Assembly: GCA_002633005.1 (NCBI GenBank)
Contig: NMRA01000234.1
Location: 514,482 to 553,966, forward strand
From: Phoronis australis
Lineage: Eukaryota; Animalia; Phoronida
Direction of reading: 5' to 3'
DNA length: 39,485 nucleotides
In this document: one piece after another, positions 1-11,225 of the stretch
Layout of the letters: every line of letters starts with the position of its first letter
How positions within the stretch are numbered: position 1 is the stretch's first letter
Made by a program: the position numbers and the translations under genes
The notes under the pieces: model-generated
What the model was told of the DNA's origin: nothing
Seen by the model: only the letters and a program-made list of their open reading frames with translations
The model's database searches: none

Positions 1-359
1 ACGGACGATGACGACTTTAGGATGATTCTGACTACCGGTATGCCTCTAGTGGCAATTTTAGTATTTGCCTCTAGTGGCAATTTTAGTATTTTACATTGAC
101 CTCTGTATTTTCATAGGTCTTCACTTGTATACTTTGTGTTACTTCGTGACTATGAAGGAAAAGTTCCAAGTAGAAATTTGTTTCTGGCATTCTAATGCTG
201 TTCTAATCTCGTTTGTTGGTAAATTTGTTTTTAATTCTATGTTTCTGGGGTGCTTTAAGCAACTGGTGTATAGGATGTGCTTGTATTATGAAGATTACTC
301 ACATTTTGCCCCTAGCCTATTGAGGAGACAATGACCATGCCTTTCCATTTTGCTAAGTA
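1..359 (+). mobile_element. Partial HINE (Helentron-associated non-autonomous element) copy, cut by the window start
   Basis: Near-identical to 24685-25042 at offset 24684 (ORFs 65..334 and 24749..25018 are near-identical). Contains the CTAGTGGC repeat motif. Similarity stops at about 359. Confidence 0.85.
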
Positions 360-899
360 AGTGTTTCATAATAAGCGCTCAATGCTCTATTTACCAAGAG
401 TTCCCCCTCAACTTTTGAGAATTTCCAATTAAGCGCTCACAGTTCAGGCTAGTGCCCATCATAGCTCACTACAAACGATCGCATGTGGTTTGAAATTGTT
501 ACGCAGCCTATATATTGAGTCACTCTCATTTTACACAACAACAAATTCAGTTTTCACAGAAAACGTCTTTTCTCAATTTGTAAAAAAACAAACCTGGCTT
601 TGTTTTATACCTCCGAAAGAAAGTCAAGAATTGTGACTGCGTCATTTTGTGACTGGCCTATTTTCCCCGTACATGGAAGATATTGAGCAGCAATCTTGAC
701 TTACCCAATGGAAACTGCACGGATTCGGGAATTATTGTGAGGCTTTTCATTTCATGGAAAACTAATTGTTGAATACTTAAACAGCATAAGTCCAACATTT
801 TTGTTGTGAAATTTGCACTGATTTGTACCCGCGCATCTATATACGTCATTCAGCTAGGGCAAAGTTTCACAGATTTTTTCAAGAGGATGTCTTTCAAAC

Positions 900-1376
900 G
901 TCCAGTTAAGTTGCAAAGTTTGGGCTGCGAATAAGAAATGGAGGGAGTTTGCACTCAAAGTTAGTTGGGATCATTAACGGCATTAATGACAGCCATATAG
1001 CAGGGTATTTTTTCATCGAACATTTTCTCCTTTTGCACATTTCAAACTTAGCCACTCTAATGCACGTGTTAGGGAGCACTGATGCAACTTTCACGTCGGC
1101 AACAGCCTTTGAATGTCAGTTGTGAAGAACAGTAATGCCGTACCTGCGTGTAAGAACTCAATTTTGCGACCTGAAATTTGTGAGTATTTATCGCCGCGGG
1201 AAAGAGCGTAATCTTAACATTTTCTCGATGATTTAAAAGCTATTTATTGGCGTAAAATGGCGGGAAAATTTTGCAACCTAGCATTCATGAATTCGACCTG
1301 AATTTTGAAAATGCGACCTGGGATTTTGGCTAGATCGCAAAATGCGACTTGGCGATTTTCATAGCATCGAGCCCTG
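900..1376. mobile_element. One end of a degenerate DNA transposon, possibly hAT-like
   Basis: Ends in ...ATCGAGCCCTG (reverse complement CAGGGCTCGA, a hAT-like terminus). Preceded by about four subterminal (T/G)CGACCTG-like repeats at 1165-1355. The minus-strand ORF 906-1094 (KKYPAIW...IPTNFEC) is only faintly like a hAT C-terminus. No partner TIR seen. Confidence 0.35.
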
Positions 1377-1428
1377 CCATGTATGTGTTACACGAAGTGT
1401 GTGATAAATTTGTATACCTGTGTTTCAG

Positions 1429-1524
1429 GAAACTTTGGAGAGTCATCTAGACAGTATAGACAAAGAGCTGGGATCCATAAGAATGGCACTGAAACGAAAT
1501 CATGTGCTCAAGACTAATATTTAG
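1429..1524 (+). CDS. MPHOSPH9: Terminal coding exon of an M-phase phosphoprotein 9-like gene
   Basis: Acceptor tgtttcag at 1421-1428, then ETLESHLDSIDKELGSIRMALKRNHVLKTNI*. This resembles the vertebrate MPHOSPH9 C-terminus as I recall it (EALEDRLERINRELGSVRMTLKKFHVLRT). AATAAA follows at 1660-1665. Upstream exons lie outside the window. Confidence 0.85.
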   Translation, partial: ETLESHLDSIDKELGSIRMALKRNHVLKTNI

Positions 1525-1659
1525 TTCTGGTGTGGATAATTCAAGTTAGTGTTTACCCTTAGTGTGGTACAAAATTGTTGGAGGACTCTTAGTGTGAGAA
1601 TAGTTACTGTTGATTGTGAACTTATTATTTCACATTGATTCCTTTGTGTTGTAAGTGCA

Positions 1660-1665
1660 AATAAA
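1660..1665 (+). terminator. Candidate polyadenylation signal of the MPHOSPH9-like gene
   Basis: AATAAA about 135 nt after the TAG at 1522-1524. Confidence 0.5.
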
Positions 1666-1873
1666 TACACAGCACTTTAACTGTACCTGTGTCAATTTAA
1701 GTCTCAATGCTTTATTAGAAGTAAGAATGAGTTGAACTCAAAGAATGGTTAATGTGTAAATAGTCTTGAATCTTGTCAATTCTGTTAAACAATTATTGCA
1801 TGTTAGTGATATTACAATTATTATTAAAATTGGTATTATTTTTTCTTATTGGTTCGTTCTTTTTGCATTGTCC

Positions 1874-3167
1874 TTTTTATGCACCCACTCATTTATGCCG
1901 CTATCCCTGTCCATCCGTCGCCGTCCGCTGCTGTATGTCCAAGACCCCTGGATGGAGTTCGATGAAATATTGCAGACATGGGTGGGACGGCATGAACAAA
2001 TTTTCGGGCAAATCCAATTCAGTACCTGCGTGGGCCTCTCTGGTAATTTTGTTTTTTTAACATTTTCCTGGACAGTATGTTCAGTGTTCCAGGACAGATT
2101 TTCATGAGGTATCTATTAAAGAGACAATGTCATCTCGTTTTTGAATGGATTCAACATTTCCTGCGCCACCTAGTGGTATTTTTTACTGTTTTCGAGCATC
2201 CCTCTGTCTGTTAGTCAAACCACACAAAGGGTGATTAGGAACTGTGAAGAGGGCGGCTGATGATGATGTTCGGAAGGCTCCAACTACTGTGTCATCTAGT
2301 GGCAATTCAGTTGCCTCTGCGGTTGTACCTCATGATTACTGCTAGAACTTTGTCAGATTTGGAAAGTGTAGCTTTATGGAAATGACAAGAGATGACGACT
2401 TTGGGACGGATCGGACAGCCACTGTGTCTCCTAGTGACATTTTTCCCTCTGCATGTTCGGGGAGTTCCTTAATGGATATACATAAAATTTGGCAAATCTG
2501 AGATGACACCACCTTCTCAATTTCGGACGGATTTGACATATTTTGCACCACCTAGTGGCTACTTCTGTTTGAGTCTGCCTCTCTATTGGCCAAATCACTG
2601 AAGGAAAATTTGGCATGTGTACATTCTGGGAAGTGCATGGCTGACGGCGATTTTGAAAGGCTTCAACTGCTGTGGCGCTCTCTTGTGGCAACTAGATTTT
2701 TTGTCGTCTTGACGGATCTTCATGAAATTTTGATTCGTGTTTCTATTGAGAAAAGTGCAACTCAGTGACGCGGATTTTAGAACACCAGTCTGACTGCTAC
2801 GGAATCGCAACTTTTTGTAAGCGTTTGTCGTTATGTCTACCAAGTTTCGTGATTTCGTGAAACATGGTTACTGTCCTGTAGGCAACTGTACCTGCCCTAT
2901 TTCAGATGGATTTGACCAACGTTGTGCACTCTAGTGGCGTTTCTTTTGTGTTTGTCCTCTTAGTCTTTTGCCGTCCTGCCCTCCAAAATTCTTCAAGAAT
3001 CGTGATGAAGACAGACGTTTTCATATTGTAGAGGTTATTCTGAATTGCACCATCTAGTAGAGATTCTTATTTAGTCAACTAGTATTTTTTCGTTCCGCAA
3101 TCATCTGTATGCGCTGTATGAGATGCAGACGGTGAGTACATAACAACGTCCGCGTTGCCCCTTGTTT
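1874..3167 (+). mobile_element. Old, diverged HINE copy between the convergent 3' ends of two genes
   Basis: Starts TTTTTATGCACCCAC followed by a GTCC-rich tract. Has about eight degenerate monomers with CTAGTGG motifs. Ends with a subTIR-like stretch, hairpin CAACG(tccg)CGTTG and CTTGTTT. Confidence 0.75.
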
Positions 3168-3460
3168 AAGTCGTAATCAGTTAACAATCCTACCTTTTTG
3201 GTAAGCACAGAAAGGGAGTTGCTAACTAGAGAATGGAAAGTCTGGCAGTTCAGTCGAAGTAATCATCGACTCATTAACGCATTTACTTTGGCCCCGTGCG
3301 TTTATGTTGAATAAATTGACAGTAGGATAACAAGTCTGGAATATATCATAATGGCGTTTCGGATGACATTGCCATTTTTATGACGCGATTTGGACCCTCA
3401 AATTGGAACTTAGAAATGTATTATATTATTTTTTTTTTCAAAAAATGTGCCAGTCTTTGA

Positions 3461-3752
3461 TTTTTTCCGATTCAGATAACCACGGGAGGCAATTTGGCAT
3501 TAGATTTTTTTTTACAAAATCATGTGTTTGGATTATTAATCAGTGTTGTCCGACAACGGCTGCACCCATTGTATAGGACGGTACTTCCGGAGAGTTCAGA
3601 AGGATTGCCGACTGACCAGGTTCATAGCCAGGTAGCAATTTTCGAAGTGTTTAGTAACTTACAGAGGTACGTAAATGTGGCCTAATAATTACCATTGTTT
3701 TTAATATTTGCATTTTAATTTTATTTGACTGGGTCCACGTCATTTTGACGTC
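3461..3752. repeat. Dispersed repeat; a second copy is split into 5399-5477 and 7090-7222
   Basis: GATTCAG(A/G)TAACCACG... and ...GTAAATGTG...TTTGCATTTTAAT...TTATTTGACTGGGTCCA are shared. The second copy is interrupted at TG|CACCCATTG by the 5478-7089 TIR element. Confidence 0.7.
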
Positions 3753-3808
3753 ACACTAAACAATTCAAGCACTAAGCAAGCAGGATAGAGGGACATTTGT
3801 TCAATTCG

Positions 3809-3814
3809 TTTATT
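3809..3814 (-). terminator. Candidate polyadenylation signal of the paxillin-like gene
   Basis: TTTATT on + (AATAAA on -) about 73 nt downstream of the TAA at 3889-3887. Confidence 0.4.
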
Positions 3815-3886
3815 TCAGTCTGAATTTGCTTGATGACAGCGATGCTCATTGCATAAAACTATTGGTTTCGTCCTGTCTTTAGTTGC

Positions 3887-3985
3887 TTATTTCTTTTTGC
3901 CTTTCTTCACCAGGTAGTGCTGTTTACAGTAAGGCGCGCCTTGCCACTCAAAAAAGCTGGTGTCTCCGAACGCCTCATTGCATTC
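3887..3985 (-). CDS. Paxillin-family LIM protein, terminal exon (second half of LIM3 plus stop)
   Basis: Acceptor gatatttcag, then ECNEAFGDTSFFEWQGAPYCKQHYLVKKGKKK*. Aligns to paxillin [24 protein letters not shown]. The stop falls where LIM4 would begin. Confidence 0.88.
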   Translation of the reverse strand, partial: ECNEAFGDTSFFEWQGAPYCKQHYLVKKGKKK

Positions 3986-4065
3986 CTGAAATATCTTTAT
4001 AATGACGCACTGTGCAGGGAATGCTGAGTTAGTGAATGACCATCACCGAGACTTTCGTTTCTTTT

Positions 4066-4338
4066 CATGCGCGCACCCTGGGGGTTGGGCTCGGGGGCTC
4101 GAACGAGCCCCCCCCCTCCCCATTTGGCGAAATGGACAAAATGGTCCGCCTCTGAGACACAAAAAGTCCGTGGAAATGAAACAAAAGTCCACAAAAAGTC
4201 CACTATACAAGCGCAAACACGCAATTTACAGTGGTGGCCCCGTTTTTTTTTAGTCCGCCCGCATTTTTGTTACCAAAAGGTCCACAACGTCAGGAGTTTG
4301 AGCCCCCCCATATTGGAGGCTGGCGGGGTGCGTGCATG
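4066..4338. mobile_element. MITE, CATGCGCGCACCC-TIR family
   Basis: TIRs CATGCGCGCACCC ... GGGTGCGTGCATG. Flanks ctttt and cgttt (4/5 match, probable 5-bp TSD). Homologous copies at 28861-29345 and about 33105-33222. Confidence 0.8.
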
Positions 4339-4736
4339 CGTTTGCTGATAACTGACTTATCCAAGGACATTTTCTAGCAACCATCATGTAGGGACCAAGA
4401 AAAGTGTCTAAATCTGAAACTTTCAAAGAGAGGCAATCAAAAATAGGTTTTCTATAAAATGGGACTTCTAAGAATTTTTGAAAAAAAATCATAAATTGCA
4501 TCAAGCGAAAAAGAAATGATCATGTCGAAACCTTTAACTGTTTTTGAGACTTCGTCTAGAACGTTTATTTTAAAAGAAATTTGATCAGGTTGATGGTGCC
4601 ATGATTGTTTTGCTATGAACGTGCCTTTCTTTTTCCCTAAACTTATGGAAAATACATGGCCACGTGACTCAATTGGTACAAGTTTTTAAAAAATAATCAA
4701 ATTTTACAGAGTTTTCAGTCAGAATACATAAATATA

Positions 4737-4794
4737 TATACTTTTATTATTGAGTTTTGTAGGTATACTTTTACTATTGAGTTTTGTAGGTATA
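4737..4794. repeat. 27-bp tandem duplication
   Basis: TATACTTTTA(T/C)TATTGAGTTTTGTAGG present twice. Confidence 0.8.
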
Positions 4795-5477
4795 TGGCCA
4801 AATACACAGACATATACATGACTTTATATAATGGTATGGTTGCTTGCTGTGATGCCAGAGGACTAATTGAAATTTGGAAAACTGTAGGGTACAACTAGGT
4901 ATTGTACTAAATAGTTGTTTCGATTCTGCATTTGGGTTAGGAACGGGGACTTGTACTATATCAAATATCTACGACTTGCAAAACTAGGCATCGTCCAATT
5001 ACGTGGATGTTGGCTTTTACCAAGTTATAGGCATTTGGTTGTGATTTCAGGCCCCAGTCTTGTACTGGTGAGCGATTAATGCCTGCCAGGACTTTGTCAT
5101 ATTTCACGGTTTGAAAAAACAACGAAAGAATCTCAGTGAATGCCATTACTAACGAGTACACTCGCAACGCAACTGTTTTATAAGTAGAAACAAAATATAT
5201 TCTGCCTACTCAGAATTCTTATACTGCTTAACAAAATGTAAGGTTCTAGGGAGTTTGCTAATTGGTGGTAAATTTTGCTGTTTTTAACATATGGTATTCG
5301 AGTGTTTAGTGACGATGTCTCTGCCACTATTACGACGCGACTTGGACCAGTACACGGGCAGTCACATCTCATCTTTTAAGCTTTGCGAGTCGTGGATTAT
5401 TTTCTGATTCAGGTAACCACGAAAGCAATTTAGGACTTGAAAAGTTTTTCATAATGATGTATTTGGCTTAGTCGGTC

Positions 5478-7089
5478 CATAGAACTCTAGCTCTGTAATG
5501 CCAACCCTGGTCTCGCGGCCACTGAAGTGGCGCCAGCCACACAAGCGTGAGAGTTGTTTGCATTCGGTTTGTTCCAGTGCGTGTACTTGCTATGGCAAAA
5601 GCAAAAGATAAATAATTTAACTCAAAACAATTACCATTTCGCATACCTGACTGCTTTAAAAACATTTTTTGATTCTAAAAAAGAGTGTTACTAAAATGTG
5701 AAAAACAATATGAAAATAAAAAGGAAATTAACCAGAGAGGTTATACAAATGACTAGTTAAGCCAATAGGGAAATAATTTCAACGATTCAAAAGATTTCTA
5801 CCCTAGACAAAGATTTTATATAATTATAGATCCCTCAAACTGGTTGTGGATAATTTAGTCAGGTATTCATCAAAAATTATACATTATCATTAATTGGACA
5901 TTTGGTGCTGTTTGAAAAATTACATTCGTCAGAGTAAAAATGCACAATCCGATAAACTGCTCCAATTATCCGAAATTTGCAGATAAAGATTTTGTGATAG
6001 ATAAAGTGGTTAAACATCTATCACGTGACTTTGTGCTGTCACACTTCTTGCAGTGCTAGACTTTCCATAAAAGTTTAGAAATAAATTCTTTTCTTCATAA
6101 AGTAAAAGTTAGTGATCCCGATACATGTAGTGTGTTACCGTAAACAAGAAACATTGAAATACATTTTACGATTGTTATGTTACTAAAGAAAGTGGTCCCC
6201 GGAAAATAACCATATTCATAAAACGAGACAATAATATTTGGAACATTTTTTGCATTGCAGTTACGATCAACATTCAAGAACGAAAAACGAAACAACTGGA
6301 TTGAAAAGCGGGACTTCAGGATAAAAAGCGGTACATCTGGGTCTAAGCCAAAACGCTGTTAGCAACACGAAGAACTGGATTGGGTTCTTTTACAAGATAA
6401 ACTTATCATTTTTTAAAATATTATTTCACGGGTATAAAAAATACTAATGTAAACAGTAGGCCTACTTCTTAAAAATTAAATGAACAAAAAACGGCATCTG
6501 GGCAACAGATAAACATTGCACAAATGAATTAATATCGAAACAATTGTACACGCATGCACACACACTCACGCGCGCGCGCGCACACACACACACGTACATA
6601 CACGTACATACACGTACATACACACACTTAGCTAAGCAATTACGAGTAATTTTTCGAAATTTACATAAACACAACTAGCTGTTTTAGGGCCTAAACTTTT
6701 CACTTAGTAGGCCAAATGTAACTTCTTTCCGTAAAATAGTGGAGCTGAAAAGATATCAGAGGCCAATCTACTTCCGGCATCCACTCAGGCCCCAGGTCGC
6801 TGCTTATAAAGAATGACCTGTGTAACTGCCGGGTTTGTTGACTAATTTTGCCAATAAATTGCTGATTGTATGGAACCGGACCTCAAGAGTCTCACTTGAT
6901 GAACAATAACAACAAAATGAAAATGAAGCAATTAAATTATGATTGATTTGATAACTACAACTCTCGACCAAAACTCAGGTCGAGCGTGCGGCAGGAAATT
7001 CTCAGTGCAAACTCGAGGTCGCAAGCTCTAATAATAGAATACATAGGTCAGAAGTACGGGAGTTGGCATTATAGGGCTAGAGTTCTATG
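5478..7089. mobile_element. Non-autonomous TIR DNA transposon (~1.6 kb), superfamily unassigned
   Basis: 28-bp TIRs: CATAGAACTCTAGCTCTGTAATGCCAAC and GTTGGCATTATAGGGCTAGAGTTCTATG. Inserted inside another repeat. Internal blocks are shared with 28051-30353 (e.g. 5680-5870 with 29535-29742) and with 21810-22045. Confidence 0.8.
6546..6627. repeat. Compound alternating purine-pyrimidine microsatellite
   Basis: (CA)n, (CG)n, (CA)n and (CACGTACATA)x3, read directly from the sequence. Confidence 0.9.
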
Positions 7090-9567
7090 CACCCATTGAG
7101 TTGAGAAGCATTAAGATTGACCAGGTCCATAGTATACGTAAATGTGCTCTAATTATTATCATTGTTTTTAATTTTGCATTTTAATGTTATTTGACTGGGT
7201 CCAAAGCGTCAAAATGACGTCATACCAATCAAGTGAATAGCTAGCCATGAGATCCGTTCTACATTGCACCATTATAGTCTAGTAATCTATGATTGCATCA
7301 AGACGAGTTTGGGTAGTAGAACTTATACGCTTGTTACCTGGACTGCGTTCCATAGATGCAGGAATTTTGAGAGTAAAACTAGTGTGAACACGCGCTTGCC
7401 TTGCAATACTTGGCGACATCTCGCGAAGACTCGCGTGAGAAAGTGGTTTTGCGAAATTCTTACGTCTATGGAGCGCAGCCCAGCATGCACTTGTAATACA
7501 TTATCGCTAGTGCAATAATGGGTGATATATAATTATGAAATACGGTAGCCAGTGCTACATATACTAGGCCGTGGGCTGTACGTAGGGCACAAGAGGCTTA
7601 TAAAATCATTTCTGCTACGAAATTTGGGGGGATTTTGTTTTGTTTTTTTGATATCACAAGCCATTGTGTTATATAAAATTGAAAAGTCCCCGCTTTGGTT
7701 GTATATTTCCACGAACAATGTTTTGATACGATGCATCAAGTCACAAATCACGCACATTTTTTTTATATTTTTACCTCCAAAATGCTAATTGATAGCAATG
7801 AGCATCTACCTGGTGGTGAAATTTAGAAGTAACATTGCCAACCATTTAATGTCGTTATTGAAGTTGCAAAAGGACGTGTTTAGACAAAAAGTGACTATGG
7901 TTTTGACCATTCAAAAAGAACATCCTCAAGTTTTAAAATGTTTGATTTGACTATGTTTCAAAGGAAAATGTATTTTCTAAAAACCTTATTACAGTGCTCT
8001 TAATAAAACGGCGAGTTCATCCCTAAAACTCCACCCTCTTTATTCTTCCATCCAACCACGTGCTCATTCTCATCAGACGATGCTCCCCAAACCTGTTGAC
8101 ACCCACCTCGATGTTCCTCCATTGCCGTGTCCCCTCGATTCTTTGTCTCCCGAAATCGATGTTCTCCAAGCCTGGTAATCCCTCTATCTGTTAATTAAAT
8201 TTCTGCTCGACGTATTGGCGAACATCACATGCATAGGCTCGTATGCGCAAAATGGACACTTTTCAGAGGTGTTGAATTAGAATGAGTGGCACCCTAGGGT
8301 GACTTTTCAATGTACAGGATAAGCGCAAAATTGATACAGGTTTTGACCAGAGGAGAACTTTTTAGAAGACAAAGCGATGGATTCATAGTTGGACGGCTGC
8401 CATTGCAAAATTGGATATTCGTCATACTTTTCAGGGGTAGATGCTTTTGTTTAATAAAACGCGAACAAAAATATGGCCAGAATAGGTACATGTCAAGGGA
8501 CGAGCGTTAAATGTTTGCTATATAATGTAAAAGTCGACTAACAAAAACGTCTGATTATCCAGTATGAATAAAACTTGAAATGTCACCCTTACTATAACGA
8601 AACCAGCCATTCCAAGATTTCAACGCGACCCCGCAGCAATATTGGGCGTGGGGGAACGTCGGGATCCGAGGACATAACTGCGGGATAACATTGGACATGA
8701 AGAACGGAAGCCTACCTGTGAACTTCGAGACAAGGTATCGTCAGAAGTTGAATTCTGGTATTCTAGGTATTGAGTAACACCGTTATGAACCCGAGAAGGG
8801 TATCAAAAACATTTAAGAATAAAAAAATACCTTTCTTTCCAAAAACGAAGTTAAATTGATTTTTTGCTAAACTAATGAAATTTTTTTGCAAGTGTGTTTG
8901 TTTTGTACTTTACCAAAGTTGTTGACTGGTTTTAGTAACAACACTTAACCAAATCCAGGTAAGTTTTAGAACACTGAAAGGGTCAAAATTCAAAAAGGAT
9001 CGAATCTACCCCTCTGGAAGTGTTCAAAAGTTGTCAAAAATGAGGAATGAATAAAAAATATCTGGTAATGATCACATATTTTTATTATGATAAAACAACA
9101 AAAATATTCAGAATTAAAAAAAAACAAGTCAAATTAGCAACGACCATTGATCAAATATCAAAAAGGTTGACCCAAGTAAGTCGCAAAATGAAAAAATGCA
9201 AGTAACACACTTTAATAAGTTTGTAGGTTAAAGAGGTCTGGAACGCGGTAAACAGGCTAAATTGCAACATTGAAAGTGGTTCTCTGCCACTGAAACAGAA
9301 TTCAACCTGCTCACCAGGTATTTTTGAGGTTTGTTTGTAAAGATTTTTAATTTCTGTTGACATCAAAGCATTTTCTTTTAGTTTCAAATTTCAAAAACGA
9401 CCAGTAAACTGTTCGCCACCTCGTCGATTTTTCTCCCACAAAGCGAAGCACGTCTCCTTATTTAGTATGGCAAGACATAGACGTAGCACTTTTCCCTTAT
9501 ATGGAAAATGTGACCTTTAACCTAAAGCAAGTGTCAGCGCATTTATCATAAGTGGGAGGGAAATCAG

Positions 9568-9968
9568 GGCCCGGTCTCTAATCTTTATACTCGAAACGAA
9601 CTCGAAACTATTTTTGGCAATTTCTCTGCTCCATTTGTGCGAACTTAAGATAATTGGTTATCAGACTGTGCTCGAATACATTATAGTTTATGCATAGGAG
9701 TATCTAGTTCAAGTTTGCCCTTGAAGACCCTTATATTCGTGCTACAAACTCGAGTAAAAATTCGAAATTTCGAGTTCAAACTCGAACTTATTTCTTTAAT
9801 ATTGGGTTTGCAAACTGTGAACTAAGGGCAATAAATTATCTACGTTAGTTATTGTGTACTCGAGCATAGAATAATAGACACTTATCTTGAGTTCGCCCAA
9901 AAGTAGAGTAGATGATGCCAAAACTAATTTCGAGTTCCATTTCGAGTAAAAAGATTGGAGACCGGGCC
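9568..9968. mobile_element. Foldback MITE, PIF/Harbinger (Tourist)-like
   Basis: TIRs GGCCCGGTCTCTAATCTTT ... AAAGATTGGAGACCGGGCC with a 3-bp CAG duplication (9565-9567 and 9969-9971). Imperfect self-complementarity extends well over 100 bp into each arm. Confidence 0.85.
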
Positions 9969-10577
9969 CAGAAACTATACGATAATCACAGTTTTCTTCG
10001 CGCGTAGTTCAAAAATCGAGAATTTTGTCATTGTTTCTGGAAATTTGCTCACAGTGGAAAGTGAATTGCTCTGTACTAGATGTTGCGAGATGGTACTTTC
10101 GTCAGGAATTGTTTAAAAGACACTTTTGACGAGCTTTCGCGTTCCAAGCCTCTTTAGTTTTGAAAATATTCACCGATATTGGCATTGTTCGTAATGGATA
10201 TCACTCGAGCAGAACCGGATATGTGAAGATTTCCCCAGTACACGCAAAAGGTTCATTTTTGCATCATTCAATGAATATAACCAATGAGATATCTCATTGA
10301 AGATGACAAATTGAATCCTCTCAGTTTCTGAGCTTGTGATTGACCAAAGAGGCTGCAAGCAGCGCCACCTCTTGCTAATTGATGAGAGCATAAACATCTA
10401 CTTTTTACAAAAATGACGAACTTAAAATGCGGGAACTTTTCGAATATCTAATGGTTGAAACTATATCTAGACACACAAAATATATGAAATTACTCCTCAG
10501 ATATGATCATAGGGTGAAAAGACTGGAGTCTGGAGCTACAGCCCACGGCCTGTACAGTTGGACGTGCAGTGCACCGT

Positions 10578-10578
10578 N
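10578..10578. other. Single N, probably a collapsed assembly gap
   Basis: An n in the sequence, inside the interval where a paxillin-like exon is required but not seen. Confidence 0.7.
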
Positions 10579-11109
10579 CACCCCCCTCCCCCAGTACGTC
10601 TCAACAAGGAGCTTTTAGTGCTTTTCATCAGGGATGATGTCGAGAAAAATGTTTGACGGATTCAATGAACCTTGACAAACACGTCATGTTCCAGCACCAA
10701 TCGATTGGAGTGGCGGCACCCCCTAGAGGTTGTGGTGGTGATTTACCCGTTTCTGCAGATTCTTGCATTTTGCGTCTACTTTTGTATTTACTAAATTAGG
10801 TTTTTCTTTGTGAAAAGAAAAAAACACACCAATGTTGGGTGCCCAGTGCCATTTCTCATCGTGGCATTTTTGTTGAAATGTTGAGACCTATTCATTTTAT
10901 GTTTTTTGGGGAGATATCAACACTTTTGTTTCAATTGGGACTATCCCTTGTATTCAAACTGTTGCCTCATGGAAACATAGCGCCTGCAGTGCACTTTGGG
11001 CGCGTACCAACGTTTTGTGTTACTCTTGTTTGGTCATGCTCAATCACAAGGGACTCTTGGGCCACAGGCTCTCAAATCCTATAGTTGTGAATTTTGACGA
11101 CTGACCTAC

Positions 11110-11225
11110 CTACAATACGGCTTGCCGTCTTTCTCGTGAAACCCGTCTTCTCCAAAAGGCTGTTTACACTTGGTGCAAAAGAAATGCTCGGGGTGCCACT
11201 TCCGGTCTAAGGCGGTAATCCATTT
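11110..11225 (-). CDS. Paxillin-family LIM protein, coding exon 3 (LIM2)
   Basis: Acceptor atatttttag, then [38 protein letters not shown](R), donor gtaggt in phase 2. Matches paxillin [17 protein letters not shown]...FHEKDGKAYCR. Missed by the ORF track. Confidence 0.95.

Noticed and set aside
65-334. Duplicated 89-aa hydrophobic ORF (also 24749-25018) as a small membrane protein
   Set aside because: Lies inside near-identical HINE copies, starts at TTG, and the T-rich composition explains the hydrophobicity.
3250-3272. Minus-strand DDYFD as the missing paxillin-like exon
   Set aside because: Followed immediately by a stop, has no in-phase acceptor, and lies downstream of the terminal exon.
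8160-8530. Alternative acceptors giving DYQ or SKH after PYC as the missing LIM exon
   Set aside because: Neither continues into a CxxC...WH LIM3 pattern, and spacing or splice context is poor.
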